From NCBI RefSeq assembly GCF_037042905.1, contig NC_087250.1, positions 17,734,001-17,798,000 on the forward strand: 64,000 bases of DNA, read 5' to 3'. Made by a program: the position numbers and the translations under genes. The notes beneath the pieces were generated by a model, which was not told the origin of the DNA, made no database searches, and saw only the letters and a program-made list of their open reading frames with translations. Shown piece after piece: positions 1 to 13,661 of the stretch (the stretch's first letter is position 1; every line of letters starts with the position of its first letter). The DNA is from Lytechinus pictus. Its lineage: Eukaryota.

Positions 1-637
1 ATTAAAAAAAAAAATATATTCATAACATATATAAAATAAACTAATTTTTTTCAAAGATAATGCTGATTCTAACCGCAGAATTAATAATTTATTAAGATAT
101 ATATATTTTTACATCTCTGGAACTTGCAATGACGTCAAATGAATAAAACACTTTCTTTGGAAAGCTAGGATACATCGGTATCTGTAGCTTAATATCAGCT
201 CAAAATTAAGATGTGACAGGAGTACATTGTCGATTCGTTCACTCATCATGTAGGTCTAGCTTCATTTAGACTAAAGCTATTCCGTCCATCAACATATCGT
301 CTAAGAACCATTTCGTCCAATAATCACTTCTTCTATTCACCAGTTGAGTTCGTCTATGACCATTTCGTTTAATAACCAGTTGGTCTAATACCCATTCTAA
401 TACTCCAGCTTTTTTACTTTTTCTGACTGACAGTTCTTTCAAGGACTACACTCATTTTAACCTCCACCTTTTGGCCTCCCCATTTCCCTTTTACTGTTGC
501 ATAAAAGTTACTATTATGGTAACTTTGCCATCCGATGGAAACTACCATGGTAACGCTGATCAACCCCCAGTCAAAATCAAGAAATTCAGGGAAGATACCA
601 TAAGATGGTGCCCAAAGATACCATAATGGTAACTTCT

Positions 638-837
638 ATAGATTTAGATTTAGATTCATTTATTTCCGTTCAAAAAATGATATAATCTGATTAACAGTTT
701 AAAATACATGTTCAAATAATACATACTCAAAATAAAACATACAGTTCTATGATATTTCATAACAAATATTGAAAATAAATTATCTGAACGGAGGGACTTG
801 CCAAGAAAAGCAGAGCTTGTAAAAAAGGCAAGTCTCT
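638..837 (-). mobile_element. Probable LINE 3' UTR remnant
   Basis: Short tandem tail (atttag)n, AATAAA on the - strand, and stem gacttgcc...ggcaagtc. Confidence 0.4.
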
Positions 838-901
838 AAACTTAGTTCCAATAGTAGTTAACATAATCTATATACAAGAGATGGACGGAAAACGAACTTA
901 A

Positions 902-1596
902 AGGGGAATGAAACCTTTGGAACAAGTAGGCTTGTGTCGAAACAGAAAAATCAAAGAATAAGAACAAAGAAAGTTTGAGAAAAATCGGAAAAAATAATGA
1001 GAAAGTTATGAGCATTTGAATATTGCAATCACTAATGCTATAGAGATTCTCCCATTGGCAATGCGACAAGGATGTGTGATGTCCACTGAACTAGAGATTT
1101 CGCCGGCGCTGTTTTGCTTGGGTGAACACGACTTCCACGTATTTTTAGTTCAGTGGTGATGTCACATGTGAACAAATTTCCCTTTGATGGACTATAAAAT
1201 ACCTTCAAAATGTATCTTTTTGCTTTTTTTTTATGGTGATACAAACTCTTTATCCATGATGTATTAAAAAAAATATGTATTACATGCCCTCCTATAGAAA
1301 GAACACATGATCTACTGATAGATGTGATGAAAGAGGCAATTTAAGTGAAATATATACTAAAGTAATGGGGAGAGTTGTTCACAAGTGACCACTGATCTCT
1401 CCCTTCAGTGCAAGTGACATCACACATCTTTGTCGCATTGCCAATTTGAGGATCTCCATGGCATTAGTGATCGCAATATTCAAATGCTCATAACTTTCTC
1501 ATTATTTGTCCGATTTTTCTCAAACTTTCGTTGTTCTGTTTCTTTGATTTTTATGTTTTCACACAAGCTATCTTGTTCCAAAGGTTTCATTCTCCT
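902..1596. mobile_element. Kolobok/T2-type MITE
   Basis: TTAA|AGGGGAATGAAACC...GGTTTCATTCTCCT|TTAA with long imperfect TIRs. Confidence 0.8.
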
Positions 1597-3151
1597 TTAA
1601 ATACATAATCCACAAAATGCCAAAATAGAGCGAGTAAGCGACAACAAAAAAATGGAAAGTAATTTAGGTAATATGTTTTCTTGCCGACAAAATAGCATGA
1701 TGTCGACATGGCGAGATACAAGGAGGAGAGGATGTGCACACAATTATTGTGTGGTAATGACTGGTTGAATTCGATGACCGGGGTAATAATAATATCTGTA
1801 AAGCGCTTAGACACGTCGTTCCGATGTATTAAGCGCTATATAAAAGCGGATTATTATAATAATTAGTATTATTATTATGTCGACTTGTCTAAATAACATA
1901 TTCGCCTTGACGTCAAACAGCGTTTGCGGAGTGTTTGTAAGTCGACTTGGCCGAAATAGACCGAAATATCCTCTCCCCTTCACAGACCGAATAATCCAAT
2001 AGGCATCAACATGATCAAAGAGTGCGAGATAGCTCATCATTTCCCCCATAGATACTGTAGTTAAGCGTCGTGAGATCAAGGAGTTTTTTCAAGCTCCGTA
2101 GTATGACCCACCACCATTACGAGTCCTCCGTCTGCGTAGGGGGAGGAGGACTGAGAAAAGTTAGAAAATGTTTTTAAAAACTCTTCCGATCGGAAATAGC
2201 GTTTTTTTTTTACTCGCTATGGTGATATACAATGCTTATGAGGCGACTGACAAGATATTGTAGTATAATTGAATAAGGGATATAAATTCTGGGGAAAAAA
2301 TGCAATAAAAAAATTATGGGGAAGCTTATCGTGACGAAGAAGTAGGTTTTAATGGGAGAGGGAAAAAATGTTTGATGAAAATCTGTCAAAGAACAAAAAA
2401 GATTTTTTTTTATGACGTCAGAGACGAGCAGCTCCCCTAACGTCGTGTGATATAATACATTCCCCCCAAATCAAATTTACTCGAATAATTGTGATTTTAT
2501 TTATGCGGCGGATATTATGTTAAAAATGTAAATATAAGTATGAAAATGAGTAAATCTCAGGAACTGAGAATCATTAGATTTTTTTAGTTATATAATTATC
2601 GCTTCTATTATTCTGGCTTCGTGTCATTTGTTTTAATAGTATCATTTTATGATGACTGCAATTTTTTAAAAAATATTTTATTTTTTATTAATTATTTTTG
2701 TTACATTGATTAAAAAATATCATAACAACTATGACTTTTGTATTTGTCACTGTATAAAATATATATTATTTTATTATATAAATGCAATTTCCCACAAGGG
2801 TTCGTGGTATTGAACCATACAAACAAGTCAAATTTTGGAAAGGATTTTCATCGAGTATGTTGAAAGTCCATACAATCAGCCAATTACGTCCAAATATACC
2901 ATACGCCTACTCACGAGTTTATAAGTTTGCAGGACATTTCAGCTATCCCACCTCCAGCTTTGTAATATGCGCCATTAAAGCATTAGCCTGTATTCGTGAC
3001 AATGGCGCAAGCCGAAATGCGACGCGATGGAAGAGACACCGGGCGAGATATATCCTGAGAAGCGATACATGATGTATAAATGGCGGACATAAGAAAGTGG
3101 TTCTTCAAACAAATCGAGTACATTTCAAGGCACAAACAAACTTACTGATCT

Positions 3152-3502
3152 GGAAGAGCCGTGGTGTAGTGGTTCTGACTCTCGCCTTGTAAACAGAGGG
3201 TCGTGTGTTCGAATCCCACCGCGGTCTAGCGTCCTTTGGCAAGGCGTTAATCCACACTTTGCCACTCTCGACCCAGGTGCTAAATGGGTACCCGGTAGGA
3301 TGCGAAAGATATTGTATGTTTGAATTTGCCAGCGCCATAATGAGGCTGCGATGAATGCAAGGAATGCTCCCCAGGGAGTGGAAATTTTGCACTTTTCGTG
3401 CGGGATTGAAATGAATCCAATGACCGGGGTAATAATAAGCTGTATCGCGCTTTGAGCCATTCTGGGAAAAGCGCTATATAAAAATTGGCTATTATTATTA
3501 TT
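3152..3502 (+). mobile_element. tRNA-derived SINE
   Basis: A box tggtgtagtgg, B box gttcgaatcc, conserved core cccaggtg..aaatgggtacc, and LINE-like tail gcgctatata...(att)n. Confidence 0.88.
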
Positions 3503-3616
3503 ATCTATAAGTATAATTTTCCCCTAAAAACAAAATCGACATTGCATCTAACATGGATTATTGGTGAGATCACTGGCAATTACATCTGTGGGTCACAGCC
3601 ACCTGTCCCGCTAAAC

Positions 3617-3904
3617 TATGGAAGCAGGAGACCGTCAAAAACACGGATATACGTCGTGTCGTAATTCAATTTACTACACGACGTAAATAATTACGTCGTG
3701 TAGTAATTCGAAATACCACACGACGTAATTATTTACGTCGTGTAGTAATTCGAATTACTACACGACGCAATTCCGAATTACTGACCATTTAATGTCATGA
3801 CGTTAAATGAATTAGTGTCGCTACATCAAATAATTAAGGTCGTGTAGTAAACTGAATTACGACACGACGTATATCCGTGTTTTTGACGGTCTTCTGCTTC
3901 CATA
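3617..3904. mobile_element. IS3EU-like MITE
   Basis: TIR TATGGAAGCAG..., 6-bp TSD CTAAAC (3611-3616 and 3905-3910), and internal acgtcgtgtagtaatt subrepeats. Confidence 0.75.
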
Positions 3905-4156
3905 CTAAACTGTGTCGCATGAGTTGAGATGAAATCTGACTGTGTATTTTTGCTCTCTTTTCCGTTCGCTCTTCCGACACAAACGGTAAGCCAGGGCGCA
4001 CATAGTGTGAAGAACTTACACCCTGTGGGCTTAATGTCCCCCCCCCCCACATTGACTGATTAGATGTTAAATTATTCTACATTCAAATGGGATAAGACTC
4101 GTCAATTCAATGATTCCTACTCCTTATTGTTCCTGAATCTATTATATTCGTACTTT

Positions 4157-4395
<239 letters not shown>

Positions 4396-7300
4396 ACTGC
4401 GCCCTGGGCACTCTGCCGAGTGGATTAAGCGCATTACAAATCGATTATGATTTCATATAATAACATAAGAAAAAGGAAAATGGGGATGTGACATCATCAG
4501 CCCACCTATAATGAATATTTATGACAACGTTTATATTAACATGATTTCACAAAATGTTGCTAAAATTTTATAATAATTTTAATAAATTTAATAACTTCTT
4601 ATTTGTGATCAGATTTTGATGGAAGTTTTTAGCATTTTGCTCGGCAAATTTTACTCTATTTATTCAGATTGAGATTGTTTCAGCCCGGACCACCGTTGCG
4701 TTCTTGCGACTGTCGATATGCACGTATACAAGTCTATACATGAAGTCTTTTCATCATCCCGTGTGGAAACCCATTATAAAATAACTTTCAAATAACTAAA
4801 TTTATAACCCTAAAAAGAAAATTGGGCTGCGCGCTACCCATGGCATTATAATATACAAAACTATGAGATCAAATTGTGCGAAAATTTCCACTGCTAACTA
4901 TTTATTCATGCGTAAAATCAAACGTTTGCGCTAGTCAACTAAATAATGCCCCTAAAATGCAAATTTTTAGTTCACAGACTATTTACAGGAATCTCATCAA
5001 GTGTACATTTAAAAAGATTCATCATCGCATTCATTTCTCTTTTCTTTTTCTAAATTTCTTATGTATTTCTTTGTTTTTCGACTTTTTATATTTTTTTCAA
5101 TGGAAATTGTCGGGGACTTTAACTTAACGATAAACAAGATGAAATTAAATCAGTAAAAGGAAAAATAATGATACCTTTATGAATTTTGGCCAAGACCACT
5201 ATTTGCATTGGATTTGTACACGAATTAAAGTTGTTGAGCAATTTTGAGTCTGATTTCACTTTTGAAATGGTGCGTAATTTCGGAAACCGGATTTTAGTTT
5301 CAAAAGATGCCGCGAAAAACTGAGCGAGCGATGCAGTTTGCAAAGTGTGCACGGGGGGGGGGGAGGGGGGGGGTAGCGGAAGGGTCTAAAACACCTAACT
5401 CAGTCCCCCCACCCGCCCCCCCCCCAGTCATTAGTTCTTGATTTTGCGTTAATGAAGACTTGGTCATAGTTCAAGTCTCGGTCAAAAATGTTTACGAATA
5501 TAAATCGATTCGCTTTTAATAATAGCTCGCGCCCTCTAAATAATTTGGGTGCAGGGGAATATGTGAACAAAGATTTTATTTTAAAATAACAGTTAGTATA
5601 ATAAAATATATATAATTTGAACAATTTATAACAATTTCTGCTAAGATTGAAATGTTTCTGTACTAAATTGAATATATATTAAACATATTTAGTTTACTTT
5701 TAAAGAGATTTATTGATAGTGGGTGTTTATATTTTGTTCGCGATGATACATAACTTGTGGAGTTGCTTTAGAAAACAATATCATGATCGATTATAAGACC
5801 AACAATCTACCTCGCGCCAGATAATAACTGGACTGTAGTTTGAGAATGAGGCATCACACACGCTGACATTATGAATATAAAAAAAGAAGAAAACAGGTGA
5901 ACACGTTGGTATCAATAACGCGTGAAGAATTTTCATTTATTTGATGCAAGGTAGATAAAAATGCCTTGGTCAAGGGCCTGTTGCGGGGATTCGAACCCCA
6001 GACTTTCACGGTGTAGTCGGGCCCCTTAGAACACATAGCTATGGCACCTCAAGCAAGAATCAGATCATGAACATACCCAAAACACCAAATGTAATGCGAA
6101 ATTTGATGACGTAAATATTTTTTATGCTTAATCAACAAGTAATTGGAATATTTCGATTTATAAGCGGTCATTAAAAGGAGAAGTTCACCCTCATGAAAAG
6201 TTTGTTGTTAAAATACTAAAAAAAATATATTGATGAAGGTTTTAGAAAAATCCAATGGCCGGGGGATTGAGAAAGTTAATATAATTTTTTTTTTTTGTGA
6301 TATCATTATGATATTTCGATTTATAAGCGGTCATTAAAGGGGATATTCACGATGACGAAAGTTTGTCGTTGAAAAATAGTAGAAAAAAGAATGGAAAATA
6401 TTGACGAAGGTTTTAGGAAAATCCAATGGGAATTCAGAAAATTGTTAGAATCTATCTATATGTGATGTCATTATGAGCAATTGCCTCATATGTTGCGTAA
6501 TATGAAATGCATAAGTTTCACTTTTTAATGTTCCATGAGTAAATATATTCTTCCTTCAGGAACAGATGGAAAATAATTATAAAATTTTATTAAAACTTGT
6601 TATGACATTTTGATTAACAAAGATCCAATAACTTTGTGAAAGACTTCGACATAATATTAAGAAAATTGTTTAATTCCCGTGAATGATATCTTACCGAAAA
6701 AAATCCTGGAAAGTAGCCAAATTTCCCGGATTTCTTGGATTCCGGGAAGAATTGAAGTACTGCTATAGGGCACACATGAGTATTACAGACCCCCATTCAC
6801 TCACGTGTTATATCATAGCTCATCAAAAAATCATTAAAAATCAATCCCTCGATAGATTTTGCTTTAATTCACTGACATTAGTCACAATTAACAGTACATT
6901 AAGACTTGATATGTTAATCAGGTACTTGCCCAGCTCAATCAAAAGTTAAATGGCCTGAAATAAGACTAACATAATTTCGGCCAGTTCAGTGGTTCATTGC
7001 CAGAAAAACCAGAACTGCATTGTGGGTAATAATAATTAAAATGAAATACAAAAATGCAGTCTAGCCTCCCCAAACGCCTTAATTATGAGAGTATGAACAT
7101 AGCATTATCTCTATCGTTTTTCTTTTGATATACAAACATTTGATCTATTTTTAATGAATTATTTTAATCAATAAAGTCATGTGATCTTTACTTACGCCTG
7201 TCCGGCATGCTTTGCGCGCAGATGAATTACACTCGTGTGCCCTTCACTGTCTTTGCTTTAGTAAAGACTTGGTCAAAGTTAAAGTCTTGGTCAAAAAGAA

Positions 7301-7699
7301 TAACCGCACGAATTGCGATATATAGCGAACTGGTTAAACTTCAGAAGTGAGTATAAATCTATATAAAAAAATTATATTTATAGTAAACGGTGAAAACAAA
7401 TTAGATTATTTCATTTTATTTACAATAATAAAATTTGCCAAATTTGTCTACAATCTGGTTGATTTTTTTTTTGCATTTTATTAATGTTATAAAATCCACT
7501 ATACTTTTTGAAAGTTAAATAAATCGTTAATTGTGGAATATGATAATAAATAATTGCGGTATTAATGATCGATTCAAAGATCCGCGATCGAAAGAAATCC
7601 TTCTCACCATTAAGGCAATAGAAAGGAAATTTTTAAGACTAAGATATTGCACACTGAATAGTCGATTTTAAAGGGAGTTTCAGTATAAACTCTTGCATA

Positions 7700-8052
7700 A
7701 TATTCCCTCTTGTCTTGTTAAATTTATCTCATATACAATATCTGAATCGTTATATATATATATATTTTTGTATACCATGGGTATGAATATATTGTCATGA
7801 TTGTATTAATTTTTTGTGTAGCGCATAAACATACGAAGCTTGACCCCATTAGTATTCTTCAAAATATTCTATTGAACATTGTTAATTTCTATTTGTATTT
7901 GATAAATTTTAATCAGTTATTTATTTCAGGGGACTCACATAAACAAGCGAAGCTTTCCAGTGAGTTCCCTTTTTTCATTTCTGTTATTCATATTATGTTT
8001 TGTTCCTACTTACTTTGTCAATTTGTTTGAAAAAAAAAAAATCAATCAATCA
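7700..8052 (+). mobile_element. Probable LINE 3' UTR remnant with (ATCA)n tail
   Basis: Stem ggggactcac...gtgagttccc followed by T-rich sequence, an A-run and aatcaatcaatcaat. This is similar in layout to the LINE end at 17710-17911. Confidence 0.45.
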
Positions 8053-8450
8053 ATATTATATACACTAACCACCACCTTTTCCGTTTTGGTCATGACTCGA
8101 CCAATTTATGCTCATTTTGTGAAAAGGAAGAAGAAACGTATGAGCATTTATTTTAAACTTGTGAATTTTCCAAATCACTTTGGGATCTGTGTGCAAGAAG
8201 TTTAAATTTAGAAATAAATATTTAGTTGGCAAGAAATTCTTTTCGGGAAGCAGGAGAGAAATACATTTTCTTTTCTTAGCAGAAATATCCGATTAGCATA
8301 ACAATGCTTGCGTGAGGAGTGTCTGAATTCCTAAACGATTCGGAATTCACTGACCGAGTTCGACACAGCACAGTACGGACGTCTTATTCGGGATGGATAT
8401 GTGGACGATTGACTGGATGCAAGAAGATAGAGCAAAGAGAATTCTGATGG

Positions 8451-8598
8451 ATGGATAGGCCTTTCAGCATGTACAGTACATTGATGAGTTCTTCGAGATC
8501 TGAACTCAGAGGGAGGCCTCAGAGTGAGCAAGTACATTCGTCAGTAAGTACCGTTCGTGCTGTCTTGCCGTCGAAGCTTGGCGCTCCCCTCGAAACAG
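8451..8598 (+). CDS. Candidate alternative first coding exon (MDRPFSMYSTLMSSSRSELRGRPQSEQVHSSVSTVRAVLPSKLGAPLET)
   Basis: Unique, GC-elevated island ending in a good donor CAG|gtatgt at 8599. Phase 1 is compatible with in-frame splicing to acceptor 35805. No homology recognised. Confidence 0.35.
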
Positions 8599-8963
8599 GT
8601 ATGTTTTTGTAAAGTATATAAATGTTTTCTATTTCAGATGTTGATGTTGTTGCACTGGTTGTGCTTAAGGATAGTGAGGCGTGACTGAAAATAATTTATT
8701 CACGATTGAGAGTCGAATTAGGGAATAAGTAAAGGTAAATATTATCAATCAATTAATCATGTTTTGATTTTAGTTTACAAAAACCGAGAATAAAAAAAAC
8801 CTCCTTCATCATGGTCATTGAATGAAATAAAAAAATAGTATTTGGGGGATCAAAGAGAAGAAAAAAAATTAGCAACAAAGAGGGGGAATCTTACAATCCA
8901 TTTCTCTAAAAGGGAAAACTTAAACATTAGACCATTAATTGGAGCCCGGAGCCAGTTCTCCAC

Positions 8964-9357
8964 TAGTCCAGATTGGACCTTGGTGTTTGGAAGTTCCCTT
9001 TTCCCAAAGCTAACATAGAGGGCACATGTCTCACAATCTCTTATCAGCGGCAATCACGGTGGGGAGGTAGTCTGCTGAGCAAACCCTTCGCTCGAGTTAA
9101 GGGTCTGAATGTGCAGCCTACTCATGCATTGTGTACTGAAGGCTCTCTCGCTATTGGAACAGCAAGTTTTGTATGTGCTAGTCTTTGCGTGGAGGCACAC
9201 TTGTTGATCAAAGTTCCAATGAGGGTCTGTGCCTGCAGACTAGTGGGGAGGCTGGGAAGATGAGTGGATTGGCGCTGATTAGAGATTGGGAGACATGAGC
9301 CCTCTATGTTAGCTTTGGGAAAGGGAACTTCCAAACACCAAGATCCAATCTGGGCTA
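8964..9357. mobile_element. Non-autonomous AcademH-like element
   Basis: TAG...CTA termini, ~95-bp TIR, and 9-bp TSD GTTCTCCAC (8955-8963 and 9358-9366). Confidence 0.82.
9068..9242. mobile_element. Small AcademH-like element nested in 8964-9357
   Basis: TAGTCTGC...GCAGACTA termini and 9-bp TSD GTGGGGAGG (9059-9067 and 9243-9251). Confidence 0.8.
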
Positions 9358-9924
9358 GTTCTCCACCGGATAGGGGATGGGGGTGTTTTAGGGAGAGTGG
9401 GGGGGGGGGGGGGGGGGTATGGTCCAGGGCTGAGTTTTGTTGTTCAGATTTAATTTTTTTGAGTGAAGAGGCCGAGAAGATGGGGGTTTAAAAATACATA
9501 TATGCTTATGGCTTCAATTTGTTTAGGTTTTATTAATGATTTATTTTTGTGTATTTGGAAAGTCTCTTTTTTATGTTAATATTTGACACTGGAAAAAAAT
9601 TCAATATGTTGAATTTATTGTAGAAGTTTTATTCTTTAATGCATATTATTATCATCAATGTTATTTATGATTATGTATTGGAGTCGTTTCACGAAGATGC
9701 TATATGTTTGCAATATAACGCCTCACCGTGTTCATCTGATAATTCGTACTGATAAGACATATCTCCCATATTCAAGAATATATCAATACATAATCAATAC
9801 ATAATCAATACTTAATCAATACTTCTACAGGAAGTAGAACAGGAAACTATATGTTTACCAGTTTCAACTTTCTTAAGAAAGTATTACTCATTCTTCTTCC
9901 GTCTGCTCTCCCGACTGGAGAGTA

Positions 9925-10188
9925 CACTGCAAAAACTCCGGTGTTGATTTAACACCAGCCCGGAATCTATATATGTCCACACCAGAGAAGTGTTAAACAA
10001 CACCAGTTTCGTTTTGGACTAACACCAGTTTCGTTTTGGACTAACACCAGAAAGATGTTTATACAACACCAATTAGTATTAAAACAGCATCGGTTTGATT
10101 AAAAAACTGGTGTTGTTTAACACTTCTCTGGTGTGGAGATATATAGATTCCGGGCTGGTGTTAAATCAACACCGGAGTTTTTGCAGTG
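9925..10188. mobile_element. CACTG-ended (CACTA/CMC-like) palindromic MITE
   Basis: CACTGCAAAAACTCCGG...CCGGAGTTTTTGCAGTG, long TIRs and internal aacacc subrepeats. Confidence 0.75.
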
Positions 10189-10363
10189 TGTTCTCCAGTC
10201 GGGAAAGTCCCTGGAATTTACTTTGGAAGTCCCTGGAATTTCACAGATGTTTCCCTGTCTTCCATTAAATGTTATTAGTAATTCTTTTTTATACACACAC
10301 AAAAAAAAGGTCCAGTGCCGTAATGGGCCAAAAATTATGAGGGTGCGAAATAGACGTATCGGG

Positions 10364-10702
10364 CAGGCGCGGATCCAGGGGGGGGGGGGGGGGGGTGGCA
10401 CGCTTTCCCCCCCCCCCCCCTTTTGAGAAGCAAAATTATTATCTTTTTTTTGCTTGTCAATTTTTTTCGGGCACGAAATACCCTAAATTTGTGGTTAAAA
10501 AACTTTTTTTTTTTTGGCTTGTCAATTTTATCTGGTGCGAAATACCCTAAATTTGTGGTTGAAAACCTTTTTTTTTTTTGGCTTGTCAATTTTTTTCTGG
10601 TGGGAAATATCCTTAATTTGTGGTTGAAAACCTTTTTTTATTTTTTGGCTTGTCAAAAATTTCCTCCGAAAAATTTGACCCCCCCTTTTGGAAAATCCTG
10701 GT
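10364..10702. mobile_element. CAGG-ended MITE remnant with internal ~65-bp tandem repeats
   Basis: caggcgcggatccagg start, then three or more gaaataccctaaatttgtggttgaaaacc..ggcttgtcaa units. Confidence 0.55.
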
Positions 10703-12030
10703 ATCGGTCAAAGTTTATCAAAACTTGTTATGACATTTTGATCAACAAAGATCCAATAATCTTGTGAAAGACTTTCATATTCAGAAAATAATATAATTCC
10801 CGTAAATGATACCTTCCCGGAAAAATTCCTAGAATGATTCCTGGAAAGTAGCCAGACTTCCCCCGGGCTACACGGGCCTATTAACATTGGGAAAGCAAGC
10901 GGTATTCATTCGAGCCAACCCATTGCTATTTTTTTTATTTTGATATGGCTGATTGACAAATTGTATGCATTTGATTGTCCATCTAACACTGATTCTATTT
11001 TTGGTAATTACTGAACTTCCTTTTCCCAAATTGGGAAGAAATATCACAAATTTTGGACTATATTTTGACTGGCGGAAGGATTAGGGCTATTTTGCTGTTT
11101 GAGGTGATGAATCTGCTCCCCCCGACGGTGTCTTCGAACACGCCAATTTATTTTTAAAATGAGCCGGTCGAGGGACCCTTTTCTGGTCAGATATGGATTG
11201 CCAGATATATATCCTATCCACTGGTAGTAAACATTCGACCCCCGAATTTCATCCTTATTTTTTATGAATTTTTTAAAGTGCCAATTTAACACACGAGTCT
11301 ATGGGGAATGAATTAGGCCTGTGAGACCCCCGGAATTCCTGCAATCCGGGAAGAATGGAAGTCCCTTGACCATGGTATCACTGCTTTTGATTTAAATAAA
11401 GACTTGGACATAATTCAAGTCTTGGACAAAAAGAGTATACGCACACAAGGTGCGTTGATCAGCTGACGACTACGCGTATCACAACGAGATTAATGAATAA
11501 AAATATTTATATTAAAAATTATATTTTTAAAAGAAAGTGAGAATAATTTAGATTATTTCGTTTTAATAAAATTAATAAAATTTGCCATTTTTTTCAACAG
11601 TTTGGTAAAAAAACACATTTATTTAATTTTTTCTTAAATATTATAGAGATCCACTATACTTTTTCAAAGTAAAATAAATCATTAACTGTAGAATATGATG
11701 ATAGATAATTGCGTGTTAATAATCGATTCAAAGATCCGCGATCGATCAGAATCTTGAAAAAAATTGAAACCAGTTGAAACCAAAATCCAACTGGTTCCAA
11801 TTGGATTTTGGTCCTGGGTTGATTTTTTCTTTTTTTATTCATATAAAAAACTTTTTGTTGGGGTGGACTTGTAGATGGAGAGAAAAAAAGGGGGGGATAG
11901 GACTAAAAAATAGAAAGAGAAGATTGAGTGAGGTAGAAAATAAATAAGAAAGCAAAACCAAAAACTTTTCACGGAGTCGTTTCACGAAGATGCTATTTGC
12001 GTGCGGTATAACGCCTCACTGCGGTGATCT

Positions 12031-12306
12031 GGGCCCCGTCTTACAAAGAGTTACGATTGATCCGATCAATCGCAACAGTACTATGGACGGCCAGCTACGT
12101 CAACATCTATTATGCACGTTTGTTCAAAATATTTTCTAGCTATGATGTATATTCATGCATTCATCGTTGTCTTGAAAATTCACTGTGCTTCTCTTTGTTT
12201 ACAAAAGACATTGTGCAAAGATCCTGTAGAAAAAAATATTACCCTGGTGGATTTCCATAGAGTTATGATTGATTGGATCAATCGTAACTCTTTGTAAGAC
12301 GGGCCC
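12031..12306. mobile_element. PIF/Harbinger-like MITE (other copies ~40440-40701 and ~44255-44440)
   Basis: TIR GGGCCCCGTCTTACAAAGAGTTACGATTGAT. A related empty site is seen near 9735. Confidence 0.7.
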
Positions 12307-12362
12307 CAGATCATTCGTACTCAGCGTACAACCGTGTCTCCTTTAATCAGATTACCCATTAA

Positions 12363-12954
12363 AGGACAGGTCCACCCCAAGAAAAAGTTGATTTGAATAA
12401 AAAGAGAAAAATCCAACAGGCATAACACTGAAAATTTCATCAAAATCGGATGTAAAATAAAAAAGTTATGACATTTCAAAGTTTCGCTTAATTTCACAAA
12501 ACAGTTATATGCACATCCTGGCTGGTATTCAAATGAGGATACTATGACGTCATCCACTCACTATGTCTTTTGTATTTTATTATATCAAATATTCTAATTT
12601 TCTCCTCATTGTCAAGTGATACAACGATTAATTCCTCCCTGAACATGTGGAATTAGCATTGTTTAATACTATATGGTTAAGTTAAGTTGGTCCTTATATT
12701 GTCAAATCTATTAAAAATGATATATTGTATAATTCAAACAATAAAAAACAAAAGAAATAGTGAGTGATGGACATCATCGACTGACTCACCTAGTTGTGCA
12801 TATCACTGTTTTGTGAAAAATAAGCGAAACTTTAAGAATGTCATAACTTTCTTATTATACATCCGATTTTGATGAAATAAATTTTCAGTACTATGTTAGT
12901 TTGATTTGTTCTCTTTTTATTCAAGTCAGCATTTTCCTGGGGTGGACTTGACCT
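12363..12954. mobile_element. Kolobok/T2-type MITE
   Basis: TTAA|AGGACAGGTCCACCCC...GGGGTGGACTTGACCT; same family as 48406-48982. Confidence 0.8.
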
Positions 12955-13297
12955 TTACATACTAGAAACATGTACCCGGTCGTTGGCATCACGCAATTTA
13001 ATTAATTAATCATAAGCAAGTCTCTATACAATCACTATACAAGCACTGTAAGTGCTAAATTAGCACATCATTTTTTACAGTGTATACACGAACATTTTGT
13101 TTAAGTTTGAAAATAAGACAACTTTTTTTTCTTCATTTAATTCGTAGTGATGGAGTTTGACACGTTATGAACAATTCTTATTTTCATTTCATATGTGTAA
13201 GAATGACTTTGGTAAAAGACAAAAGGGGACCGTTTCATGAAAGGACAAGTCAGACGTTTTATCCGAAAAGTCCAGTTTTCTCTGACAGTTCCCATAG

Positions 13298-13465
13298 TGA
13301 TAACAATAACAATAATGATAATAATAATGATAATAACAATAATAAAAATAATGATTATAATAATAATATCTAATAATAATAATAATAATAATAATGATAA
13401 TAATGATAATAATGATAATAATAATAATATTTAATAATAATAATAATAATAATAATAAAGATAAT
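13298..13465. repeat. (AAT)n microsatellite, imperfect
   Basis: Directly visible in the sequence. Confidence 0.95.
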
Positions 13466-13661
13466 GTCATAGTTTTTTCAACTGATCGAATTCAGGGAAA
13501 GGTGTCAGATCCGACAACTTACGTTCAGAATAAACCCTTTTTTCGCAAAAAAAAAATGAAAATAAAGGAACGCTCATGCATAGACATGGTCAATGGGAAA
13601 AGAGCCACCGTCGGGTACAAAGAGCACATGTAATATACATATATATACCCCTTTATATACA

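Noticed and set aside
3152..3230. tRNA gene
   Set aside because: The A and B boxes continue into a SINE body and tail found in several copies, and I could not fold a complete cloverleaf.
13167..13633. Poly-N, poly-I and poly-Y ORFs
   Set aside because: They are translations of the (AAT)n microsatellite.
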